From assembly GCA_030704615.1 (NCBI GenBank), contig CM060732.1, forward strand, positions 54,870,001-54,934,000: a DNA stretch of 64,000 bases, written 5' to 3'. The translations under genes were made by a program, and so were the position numbers. The notes under the pieces are model-generated. The model searched no databases. It was not told the origin of the DNA and saw nothing but the letters and a program-made list of their open reading frames with translations. Positions 1 to 10,755 of the stretch are shown piece after piece. How positions within the stretch are numbered: position 1 is the first letter of the stretch; the number at the start of each line of letters is the position of its first letter. This DNA comes from Takakia lepidozioides. Lineage: Eukaryota > Plantae > Bryophyta.

Positions 1-95
1 TTCAAGTGGTAAGGAAAGTTGGAAAGGTCGCTTACAAATTGGACTTAGCCTTGGGAGCTTTAGAATTTATCCTGTGACACTTCTTAAACCATATG
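1..95 (+). mobile_element. Degenerate Ty3/Gypsy integrase C-terminal (GPY/F region) remnant
   Basis: Reads QVVRKVGKVAYKLDL then, with frameshifts, IYPV..LLKPY, resembling the AYxLxLP...IHPVFHVSLLKPY motif. Confidence 0.45.
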
Positions 96-770
96 TAAAT
101 CTCATGTATCCTTTCCAAACCTGTAGGCCAAGGCCTATTGGAATAATGGATGGACAACCAAGATTTGGACCTGGTATTTAGAACCACTGGTATCAAAATC
201 ATTTTGAAATACTTAACAAGTTTTACCTCAGCTGAATTGCATTTCGTGTCACCCAATTGCAAATGCAGAGCAGCCAAAGGCCAAAAATTCGCCCTCCAAG
301 TTTCAAAAATAAACCTACCTGTCGTTTCAATGTTTCCAGACAACCGGTAGCACAACCCTCCGGATCGCAAAATCTCTGGGGTTTGGGATGACGCACTGAA
401 GGATCACAAGATTGCCCATAGTCTAGGAAGGTATTGTTCCTCATTGACAAAGACACTTCATTTACAACATTTGGAATTCCATGGATAGTGGAACCACTTC
501 CAACTTTTGACCAACAGCAGGACAATCACGGATTTCTTAAAGTAGAGAGGAAGGAGAAGGCTGAACGTTAATACCTTTTCAACATTGACCCTCATGCATA
601 TCCTACTAGTGATTAACTCTTGTGCAAGTCTGTCTAATTGTCACTGGAGGCTGTGTAATGACCGCGGAAACCCCTGATAAAACGAATGTGAGATAAATGT
701 GTGAGATTTCTAATAGAAGGCCAAAACTGGGCAAGTGTGCTTGATTTCAGAGCACATGACAATTACCCAA

Positions 771-3700
771 CTATTCAACAACCGCCAATAAGTCAGCCAC
801 ACGGCAGAAGCAGATCTTGTCTGGTGTTCCCAAATCCGCCTGTATTTCAAAGACAAGAAGATGTATCATACATCAAGGAAAAGGGTGAGGGATAAAAAGA
901 GAAAAAAGAAGTTCATTTCATGTTTCTTTCACACTGTATAACAACCCCTTGCCCCAGCACAAAGTTTCAATATAGATGAATGGTTGCCTCCAGGCCTTAT
1001 GATGACTTATAGACAACCACAAGTGCTCTGATACTGAAGAGAGACAACTGCTGCACTGCCGTTAATATGCAGTCCTAAGACGAAGTTTGCCCTAGCCTTG
1101 TGGCCATAGACCCACGCCCAGTTTGGGGAACAGACAGTACCTTTGTGAGGGGCTCCAGTGGTGGCACTGCACTTAACAAAGGTACCGCAAGTGAATGTGA
1201 CTACAAAAAGGAGATTTCTTAGGAGTGTACCTCATAGGCATTAATGTCGGAGAACAGGACCTGCATTTTCAACAAAACAAGGGACACCCATAACCACAGA
1301 ATGCTTCACGTTTGACAAATAGCATCATCAGAATATGGAAAGGACCAATTATCAAGTCAGGAATGTCATACCCTGGAGGAGAGAGGAAAGTCTGGCACAA
1401 GGCTAGTGGCCTAAGTCCCTTCTCAGCTGGGATGAGGCAAGAAAGGGGGAAGAGGAACTTGGGGAACAAGGAGACCAGAATAGAGTCCATCCCTATGGCT
1501 GAAGTATGAAGAGAATGTACTCATGTAGTTCCCTGCGAACGTTGGCTTGCCATACCCTTACGGCCATCGACCCCGCAGGAAACTAACGCTCCATGAGTAT
1601 CAAGAGAGAGAGAGAGAGACTCTACATGAGTCTACTGCTGAAACTTCAGAGGTCAATGGACCTAGAGAGAACCAAGGAGAAGAGAGTCATAGCTAGATTA
1701 TTAAAAGCTAATGAGGCCAATACAGGCCACCAATCATGTGTCCTCACAGCAGAGCACAACAAAAATGTGCCTCACCACCATAACTCTTGTGCATTAGGTG
1801 TCTGGGCATTTTAATTGAGCTTGCCTCTCTGTATAAGCCCTAGCAAATTCAAGGGGAATGAGGGGGTGAGGTAATAGAGACGTGTAGAGGTGCATTTTAG
1901 TTGCTTACCTTCTGCCCCTTCTCTATGGATGCAGCATCTTTCCCCACAGACAAAACCTGCTTCAGAATCATTGTTGTTTGTTCAGGACATAGCAAGAACT
2001 CCAGCCATGAACATTAACTGTGTAGCAATCCTTTGCACATATAGGATTGTGTACTGCACAGACCCTTATATGCCTTTGACCAAAGCATCCACCTGTCAGG
2101 TTTGTTTACCAAGTGGAGGGGCAGGGAGAGAAATAGAGCTCTACTCGACACTTAGGATCTACATTGGACCCTCATGAGGTGTGAGCTCTCTCTGCTATGT
2201 AATGTGTGCAGTATGTACTGATTGGCACCAACCCACCAACACAGTAAAATACAAGAAGACGCAAGACTGTAGAAATTATACAGACTATTCAACTCAAAAC
2301 TTGTGCACATCCACATGTGCCCCCAAAGCAAACAACTTGTACAAAGAGGTGGAAAAATCCTGGTAAGGTGGTATGTCACCTCGCCAACAAGATACCGCTC
2401 AAACTTGACAGCTGACTTGGGCAGTAATACTCCTCCAGCAGATTTCTATGAGTTCACAAGACAAACATGTTTGGTGGCTGTGTGAGAAAACCATGCTTTA
2501 ACCCACAATCAAGGTGTCTCTACTCAATCATCAAGCCAAGTGCACTGTGTCTTCATACAATAGACAGATTGGCTGTGAGAAATAGCTCATGTAGGGCTCT
2601 AGTCCTGGTCGACCTCACCAAGGGCATTAGTCTAGCCTGTGAAACTTAATAGTCAGCTCTCTGCCCACGCTTGGTAAAACACTCCTGGACTTCCCCTCAA
2701 GTCTACTAAGAGCCAGAGGATGAAAGCAATAAAACTTAAGTTGATGAGCGACAAAAACCATGTGGGGATGGAAACACTGCTCTTACGGACAAGAGACACA
2801 AAGCAAAGCAAAGCAAAGCAGAAGGAAACCAGAGCACCACTCGCAAGATTTCTTTAACCAAAAGAATCCATCTTCCACTTTCCAATTTAACCCAACATGC
2901 AATTGAATTTCCATTGATACAGGACCAAGGAACACATTCATGAAATAGAAACCTACCTCGGGTAAGTCCTCAAGGCGTATCAACACTCTGTCTGCCTGGG
3001 GGACAACCTGCAGAATATTCCCTTACGAGTTCAATTAAGTATGACAGTATGAGCCTCTCAGCTCCTTGCATAATCCAATCTCTGTTGCCAGAAAAGAAGA
3101 TTGAAATCTGACAGCAACATACAGACCTTGAACAAAAACTTAAATCAACAGAATATCTACTCTGGATCAATAGCATCAACTCTTCTTCAGTCAATATAGA
3201 ATTAAACTCAACAAGCATGACATGGTAGCAGGAACTCCCTCTGCTTGTGAACATAACTGTTCAATCTTGTCTATTCAAACGACTCCATTGTATTAAAAGA
3301 AAGAGGTACTCATTGATTATCATCTATTGCATATCCTTGTGGGCCTTACCCCCTGCATACTCTCATATGTATAACCCTCTTAGAACTGGCAGTGTAGCAA
3401 AGAGAGAAGATGTACTCCTCAAATTATGATTGTCGTACGTTCTACAGACTCCATGCCTGGACAGAGGAGGGGGAGGAAGGGGCCAAGCGAATCAGAACGC
3501 AAACCCCCAAAGTCACCTGAGACTTCCTTGAGTAGTACAACATTATGAGGGAGAGAGAGAGGGAGGGTAAAAAAATTGATGGCTACTGGAGGCCCTCTGC
3601 AACTATGTCGAGAGCTATAGAAGAGCATGAAGCAAGGTTCTGGATGCTGGTTGAGGCTAAAACCAACTATTTAAAGTAAAAACAAGATGGAGAGCGAAAT

Positions 3701-4454
3701 TCGGAGACCAACCTTTGTGAGATCCACAGCAGTTGCTGAGGCACATGCAGGCGCTCTGCTGAAACGACCCATTTGCCCTGAAGGACATTTTGATCTCAGC
3801 GCCACTCCTTTACAACCTTCAGTCAAGCAGGGCATAACCCAGGTCAAGATCTCACCAGCAATGAGACTGGCACACCTGTGTCACAAGTGTATTAACTGCC
3901 TCCAATTTTCAATTTCTAGGTTGGCATATTCCAAAAATAAAGATCCCACAAGAAGAACCAACTGTTTCTGAGGTTTAAGCATAAAGAAACATACGTCTCG
4001 AATTCATCGAATTGAATTTACACAGATCCCAAAGCCGCGAATCCCAAGGCTTCCCAGTTCAGAGAGAACTTCAATGTGTACCATAGCTCTCACACACCAA
4101 CATCCTCCTATTTGCGAATTGAGTTTTTCCTACTTGATTGTATGTGCTCATAAATCCCATTGCACACAGAACGGAAACATATTACCAAATTTGCGGACAC
4201 ATAAAAGAAGGAGAAAGATACTGTATAACACTGTGCTAGAGAGCTTCGGTAACAAGCATTTCAGCTAACATGAATTAAATGACTTGTAAAGAAAGCGGAA
4301 GGAGGGACAGTACTAGACAGGGCGACTCACTGCTCTTTGATGAAAGAAGACCCCGAGAGGGCGAGAAACGACACACATTCCCCTCCTGCACTTGCGCAAG
4401 CGCCTGCACTCGCGTACCGGCCACAGCTGCCACAACTGATGTCGCCATCGCCAT
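771..4454 (-). CDS. CPN10: Chloroplast 10-kDa co-chaperonin (Cpn10), 7 exons: 4454-4418, 3816-3713, 3007-2957, 2445-2380, 1956-1909, 1260-1231, 839-771
   Basis: GT-AG spliced product MAMATSVVAAVAGCKGVALRSK...AVDLTK VVPQADRVLIRLEDLPE KSAGGVLLPKSAVKFERYLVGE VLSVGKDAASIEKGQK VLFSDINAYE ADLGTPDKICFCRVADLLAVVE* matches plant plastid Cpn10; all intron phases are consistent. The two transit-peptide exons are less certain. Confidence 0.93.
1085..1170. repeat. Dispersed intronic repeat (SINE/MITE-like), related copy at ~37945-38110
   Basis: Shared tagccttgtggccatagaccc...cagttt...tacctttgtgaggggctc in a CPN10 intron and a DAP3 intron; a related piece lies at ~1485-1580. Confidence 0.6.
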
Positions 4455-4996
4455 CACCAATCCCCCCAGCGCCTTGCAAGGAGCGAGACTCGGAAGGAGG
4501 GAATGCAAACCGTAAAGCCTAGAATGCTCCTCCAAAGAAGTCGACGTTGGTCACAAGTGGATGTTTTCAGAATATTCTATGTGGGGTTCTCTGGAGACGG
4601 GCTGGAATAGAGGGACAATTCTGATCAATCTACTGCATGCACAGATCCCTTTGAGTGGGGTTCTGGCCGCCCACAATCGGGTTGCTACTGATGATTTGTG
4701 GGGTACGATGGTGCAGGGATGTGCTTGGTGAGTGCATTGCTGCTAGGCTAGGCTCTGTGCGCTTCACAATCTTCTCGTGGTGGCGAATCGAGATGGTGGT
4801 GGTGGTCATTCTGCCGCCTGCTTGGCTCACCCATGCAGGTGCTCCAGGACGTTTACAGCTTGAATTTCATCACATTCTTTGGGTCCTGCTTCTTTGGGTC
4901 TTAATTGTTCTCGAGTTTTTATTTACTGTTGCCTCAATTTGCTTGTATCCTCTTCTGAGAAGAATTTTGGATTGCAGAGCTGGAGAACGAGAGGCC

Positions 4997-6266
4997 ATGG
5001 CAGCGCATACAGTATGTATGGCGCGCGTAGGGACTTGCTTGTCTGGCTGCTCCCGAATGGCCTTTGTCGCCTTCTTCCAGGCACGTCATCGAAGCATCTC
5101 GGAATGGCCTCGAAAGCCTCCGCCATGCTACGCTCCTTGCAAGCCTGGCCCTGTGCTGAGAGCTTCGAGAAGGTCCGGGCTTTCCACTCTATACCCTCTC
5201 AGCGTTTTCCAAACCGCAGTCAATGCATTTCAAGCGAATTGAGCGTAGTGGAGACACTGAGAGACGTTCTACAAAGGGTCCTAGTACATGTCGTGTTCTC
5301 AGTAGTGGTGTGCAATACATCATCATTGTCTAATGTCGAGTAAAGCAAGGAGGTTCAGCAGGAAGGAAAAGTAGTGGGTAGTGCATGTCTGGGTGGGCTC
5401 GGGCTACTGAGGGTACAGTTTTGGCGATGCGACACAAACTGTCATTATTTTTCGTGTTGTTTGAGTCCAGTGTCATTCTCAATGGTACGTAGACAGTTTG
5501 ATGAAGACAGGTTGGGATGGCAGGTTCGAGCTGGAGTTTGGGGTACTCTGGCTGGGAGTGCAGGGCTGCGTGTGAAGCAAGGGTACAGGATTTATGTTGC
5601 AGGGCGTCTGTCGCCAGACGCTTATGTGAACGATAACGACATTCCTCGAAAAAGTACCGAGGTTGGTGTAACTTCCTTTGTCCCTCAACCTCATCTACAT
5701 CCAAACTTCAATTTATGCTGGAGTGGGCTTAACACTTTCTAGAGGTGGAAGAATACTAGGCCCTTTCACTGTGCGTCTCTTAGCAGCCTTTGTGCAGACA
5801 CTCTCTCTTGACTTACATACAGTTCCTGTGGGACAATACTGCTGTGGGATCGTCGTTCATTTTCTTGCCCTGAATTCTTAGTGCTGTCAGAGTCACTCTA
5901 CAGTACTGAAATCGACATTCTTAGCCCGAGGTAGTTGGTCCTTGGCCAATCACAATGCCTGTAATTGTGGGATGGTTTGCAGGCCGTTGGCAGTGTAGAC
6001 ATTGGAAGTAGTTATGTGTAGGACATAAGTTGGGAGGACCTGATGGGTGGGCTAGGGTCATCTGGAAGGTGGTTGTGAGCTCACCGAGTTTTTGGAAGTC
6101 AGAGAATTTCGAGAAGGAATCCTACATCAGGTCTCCTTTGTAGAGACTGAAGCCAGCAAAGCTCATGATCTTGTAGTTTTTGCTCGCAGGTGAAGCAGAA
6201 AGTACAAAACAGATGTGGCAGGAGTTCTCAGATACGTCAGAGTGGTGGGACAACCTCTTTGATAAG
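4997..6266 (+). pseudogene. OSB: Degenerate 5' exons of an OSB (organellar ssDNA-binding) gene: transit peptide, OB-fold, first half of PDF motif
   Basis: Exon ~5524-5661 reads FELEF/WGTLAGSAGLRVKQGYRIYVAGRLSPDAY (SSB/OB-fold, one frameshift). Exon 5983-6130 has in-frame TAG and TGA. Exon 6190-6266 reads MWQEFSDTSEWWDNLFDK, an OSB PDF-motif half. Confidence 0.75.
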
Positions 6267-6547
6267 GTAGGTGTAAAGTGTTCACTAAGGAGGTTATGCG
6301 ACTGAAGCTGGTATGATGAGGTTGTGTGGCCTGGATGAGACCCCAGTCCTGTAAATCAATTTGAGTTTGCTCTCAGTGGCCAAAAAGTAGCAAAAGTGCT
6401 CCTTACTGTTGTTATCAGTAGGTTGTTTGAAAGTAGGTTATCCAAGGTCATTTGAAAGATGCTTGGAGCTCTCATAGTTGTAGCCTTGTCCATATGATAC
6501 TTTGGTTAAGCTATGGCTTCTCAGCTGTCCACTCGTGTTTGTGACAG

Positions 6548-8821
6548 CAGAGTCTAAGATCTTCAGGCTTCAAATGTTATCATACAAATGAGGTCCTTTG
6601 GATTGAGCGTTGGTCAAACCCTCCTTGGGTGAAAGCAGCACTCGCTACCATGATACAAATTCGAACACAATCTGGTAATTTAATCACCAAGAACTCCACT
6701 GGTCCTTGTGGGCATGTGAGGACACTATGCAAGGGAGGACAAGCGAGAGAGGCACTTCAGATTTTGATCAAACAAGGCATTTCAGCCGACTCCTCCACTT
6801 ACGTGTGTCTACTGCAGGAGTGCATCAAAGTTGAAGACCTTGAACTAGGAAAGCGGGTACATAACTGCATTGTTCAAAGTGAATTCCACCCAAGCATCTT
6901 TCTACTCAACAACCTTGTCCACATGTATGTCAAGTGTGGGAGCATGGCGAATGCTCGGCTAGTGTTTGACAGAATGCCTGAACGAGATGTATTTACATGG
7001 ACTACAATGATTGCTGGATATGCCAAGGGTGGGTGGGGTAGGGAGGCTTTTGAGATCTATCAGCAAATGATACAAGGAGGGGTAGCACCTGACAATGTCA
7101 CATTCATTTGTGTCCTCAAGGCGTGTGCCAGCCTACGGGCTCTGGAAAAGGGTAAGGATGTCCATGCCGACATTATGAAATCTGGAATTGCACAAGATGT
7201 CATTCTGGACACTACCCTTGTCGATATGTATGCCAAATGTGGCAGCATGAAGGATGCACGTGGAGTTTTTGACAGTATGGTTCAACGAGATGTGGTCTCA
7301 TGGAATGCGATCCTCACAGGATATGCTCAGCAAGGGTGCGGTCGGGAAGCTTTTGACATTTATGAACACATGATGGGGGAGGGAATCATGCCCAACATGG
7401 TCACGTTCATTTGCATTCTTAATGCATGTGCCAGGCTTGGAGCCCTGGAAAAGGGCAGAGAAGTGCATGCTGACATCATGAAAGCTGGAATTGGATCATA
7501 CACAAACTTGGAGAATGCCCTGGTCGACATGTATGCCAAGTGTGGGAGCATAAAGGATGCACGTCAAGTGTTTGACCATATCATTCGGCGAAATGTGGTT
7601 TCATGGAACGCAATGATCACAGGGTATGCTCAGCATGAGTGTGGTAGGGAGGCTTTGGAGATCTATGAGCATATGAGATGTGAAGGGGTGACACCTAACA
7701 TGATCTCATTCATTTCTGTTCTGAATGCATGTGCCAAAGTGGCAACGTTGGAAAAGGGCAAAGAGGTTCATGCTGACATCATCAAATCCGGGATCGTGCA
7801 AGATATAATTGTTGAGACTGCCCTTGTCGACATGTATGCCAAATGCGGGAATATGAGGGATGCACGTCAACTGTTTGACAATATGGCTCAACAAGATGTG
7901 GTTTCATGGAGTGCGATGATTGCAGGATATGCTCAGCATGGATCTAGTAGGGAGGCCTTGCGACTTTTTGGCCAAATGCAACAGGAAGGCTTCAAGCCGA
8001 ATGGTATCACCTATATGTGTGTTCTCTCTGCATGTAGCCATGTGGGTCTAGTCGATGAAGGCTGTCACTATTTTGACTCCATGAGTCGGGATTACGGCCT
8101 CAGTCCTACAGTGGAGCATTTTGGCTGCATGGTGGACCTTCTTGGCCGTGCAGGGCGATTGCATGAGGCAGAGGACTTTATTAACAACATGCCAATCGAA
8201 CCAGATGCTTTGGTGTTGAGGGCCTTGCTTGGTGCCTGCAGAGTTCATGGAAATGTTGAGGTAGCAGAACGTGCTGCAAGATGCCTTCTCAAGTGGGATC
8301 CACAGGATGCTGCAACTTATGTGCTGCTATCAAACATCTATGCTGCAGCTGGCAGATGGGAGGATACAGCAAAGATGAGAAAGATGATGCAGGACAGAGG
8401 TATCACGAAGGATCCAGGGCAGAGCTGCATTCAGGTGGATGATCAGGTGCATACATTTGTTGTAGACGACAAACTGCATCCACAAATTGAGGGAATCCAT
8501 GCCGAGCTGAAGAGATTGTCTGGGCAAATGAAGGAGGTTGGGTACGTGCCTGACACACGCTTTGTATTGCACGATGTGGAGGAGGAGCAAAGGGAGGTTT
8601 CTCTTTGCCACCATGGTGAGAAGCTTGCCATTGCGTTCGGGCTCATCAGCACAGCCCCGGGGACGCCTCTTCGTGTCATCAAGAACCTTCGGGTTTGCAA
8701 TGACTGCCACATCGCCACAAAATTCATTGCAAAGATTGTTGGGCGAGCAATTGTTGTGCGGGATGCCAACCGTTTTCACCATTTCCAAGATGGGGTTTGC
8801 TCTTGTGGGGATTACTGGTGA
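6548..8821 (+). CDS. PLS-class PPR protein with E and DYW (PG-type) deaminase domain, C-to-U organellar RNA editing factor; N-terminus is the second half of an OSB PDF motif
   Basis: Open frame from the NAGNAG acceptor (6545-6550): QSLRSSGFKCYHTNEVLWIERWSNPPWVKAAL, then L-S-P repeat triplets, E domains, PG box KDPGQSCIQV, HGEKLA, CNDCH and terminal DYW*. First in-exon ATG is at 6650. Confidence 0.95.
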   Translation, partial: QSLRSSGFKCYHTNEVLWIERWSNPPWVKAALATMIQIRTQSGNLITKNSTGPCGHVRTLCKGGQAREALQILIKQGISADSSTYVCLLQECIKVEDLELGKRVHNCIVQSEFHPSIFLLNNLVHMYVKCGSMANARLVFDRMPERDVFTWTTMIAGYAKGGWGREAFEIYQQMIQGGVAPDNVTFICVLKACASLRALEKGKDVHADIMKSGIAQDVILDTTLVDMYAKCGSMKDARGVFDSMVQRDVVSWNAILTGYAQQGCGREAFDIYEHMMGEGIMPNMVTFICILNACARLGALEKGREVHADIMKAGIGSYTNLENALVDMYAKCGSIKDARQVFDHIIRRNVVSWNAMITGYAQHECGREALEIYEHMRCEGVTPNMISFISVLNACAKVATLEKGKEVHADIIKSGIVQDIIVETALVDMYAKCGNMRDARQLFDNMAQQDVVSWSAMIAGYAQHGSSREALRLFGQMQQEGFKPNGITYMCVLSACSHVGLVDEGCHYFDSMSRDYGLSPTVEHFGCMVDLLGRAGRLHEAEDFINNMPIEPDALVLRALLGACRVHGNVEVAERAARCLLKWDPQDAATYVLLSNIYAAAGRWEDTAKMRKMMQDRGITKDPGQSCIQVDDQVHTFVVDDKLHPQIEGIHAELKRLSGQMKEVGYVPDTRFVLHDVEEEQREVSLCHHGEKLAIAFGLISTAPGTPLRVIKNLRVCNDCHIATKFIAKIVGRAIVVRDANRFHHFQDGVCSCGDYW

Positions 8822-9062
8822 AACGAGCATGCATGAAACGATGTGCAGTGCTTCAAATATGACAGCATTTTTGTAAGCATCAAATAGAGCGACTTACAAA
8901 ATTGGACTGGTTCTAAAATTGTATCCTTCATCCACTTTGTTGCACTGCACATCCAACACTTCCAGAGACAGGTAGAGAGAGAACATGGATCAGATGCCTC
9001 CATCAGTTAGTCACATGCAGTATTCAACTTGCAACGTGGTCAGGCTGCGGGAATCTGTCAAA

Positions 9063-9560
9063 TTAGACATGATTGGCAAGTCGTTCAACAGCCGGCAACC
9101 GCCTAGGAGCAAAACCTTGAGAGTTTGACAGCACTCGCCAAGCGCGATCATGGCGGCATCCCCAACCTTGGGGCAGCAATTTTGCAAGATCAGGGTTCAC
9201 AGGTATATGAACTCCAAGGTCCCCCACTTGAAGTCTTGCAAACAAGGGTTCTAGGCTAGGGCAATTGTTTGAGAGGGAGTCTAGTGACCTATCAGAGATA
9301 GGTTTGGAACGATGGAGATAAACAGCTTGCAGTCTTGGGCACCCTGTGGCCAGAGCATCAACCCCTTGATCAGACACCTTTCGACAATCAGGTAGATCCA
9401 CCCACTGAAAATTGGGAAGCCCCAAGCGCACCATCAGTAATCCTTGCATATCTTAGATTCAAGACAAAGCCTGTCTACTGTTTAGCAGTTGCGTTACAAG
9501 TTATCATGGGCCAACACGAACTCCTTATGCGAGTTTTTTTCGTTCCCCCAAGATTCATCT
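9063..9560 (-). pseudogene. Fragment of F-box/LRR (cysteine-containing LRR) gene
   Basis: LQxVDLxxCRKVSDQGVDALATGCPRLQAVYL...ISDRSLDSLSNNCPSLE LRR_CC-type repeats; truncated and frameshifted. Confidence 0.65.
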
Positions 9561-9679
9561 TTCTCTATCTCAAATTCTGGTGCAAACCTCCTTGTAGTGG
9601 AGCATGGAAACTGTACATGAAGTCAAAGTAGACAAAGTAGACAAAATTTACGGCAAAGATTTTGGACTTATTACGTTAT

Positions 9680-10700
9680 CACGATAGGGTATTACCTACC
9701 TTGTGGATAAAAAGTAAACGTAAGAGTAAATAAAGATCGTTTAATATATTTTTATCACTTCTTTTTCTTTTTCAGAAGGGTTCCAGATTTAGTTCGTCCA
9801 TCTCCGTTCCCTCCTCACGACTTGTGGCTCCTTCCTAAAGAACTTTGTTCCCAAGTTTTACCTACATTGTGGACAAAAAATAAATGTAAGAGTAAATAAA
9901 AATCGTTTATTTTTTCATCACTTCTTTTTCTATTTCTTTTTCTATTTCAGAAGGGTTTCAGATTTAGTTCGTGCAGATTTAGTTCGTCTTGTAGCCAATG
10001 TGGAAGAGAGGGAGTGAGATGCAGGAGGAGATCCGTGGACAGTCGCAGCTGCGAGAGAAGTGAAGAGGAATCGAGGCAGAGTAGAGAGGCTTGAGGTATC
10101 ACAATTTCAGCCAAGTTCTAAATTTTGGATCCCTAGCTCTATTGTGACGCCAATTCAAGTCTGCCTCCTCCCATTGAGGGAGGATGGTGTTTGACCAGCG
10201 AAAGTGCATGTTGTTGGGAAGACTGGCCGCCTTTACCCCAAGACTGCTCGAAATCTTGGAGCACCTTTCTTCCATGCTGTTCTACTTTGTCCCAACAGCC
10301 CTCAGTGTCCCCAACTTCGGTACTTGATCCCGGCCTAGACTGGACCTTCGAAGATCTGCAAATGGAGCTGGGGGAGATTGATGCACGCTACTCAGTGTCG
10401 GTGCTTGTGACATGGGGCGATCGGCCTCTTCCCTTGAGTGCTAACGGGATATCATGCCGGGAATTATCAGGCGTAGCAAATTTTGGCAGAAAAAGTGCGA
10501 TCATCAGAATGCGAGCATGAGTATTAGTTCAGACAAAGATAGTGAGGAGGAGGAAGAAAAGGTTGTGCTTTATACAACCTGCAGTGGTGGTGATTTGTAT
10601 AAGGAACCTGTCACACCTTCGGTAAAGTGTAATTCAAGAGCTCAACAAGAAGTAGAGGCAACATGGAGGCCGTTGCTCACACGCACAAATGTTGTGGAAA
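9680..10700 (+). repeat. Composite local repeat (AT-rich promoter module + GLE1 N-terminal coding fragment); left arm of an inverted repeat
   Basis: Reverse-complement match to ~17300-18700; translates SVLDPGLDWTFEDLQMELGEIDARY...DSEEEEEKVV...WRPLLTRTNVVE. Confidence 0.8.
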
Positions 10701-10755
10701 ATGCATATTTCATGCTTCTTCGATCAGACGCAGATCATATTTATCGCAGTTTCGT

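Noticed and set aside
8400-8821. U-to-C (DYW:KP) editing factor
   Set aside because: It has a PG box, a standard-length domain and terminal DYW, so it is the C-to-U type
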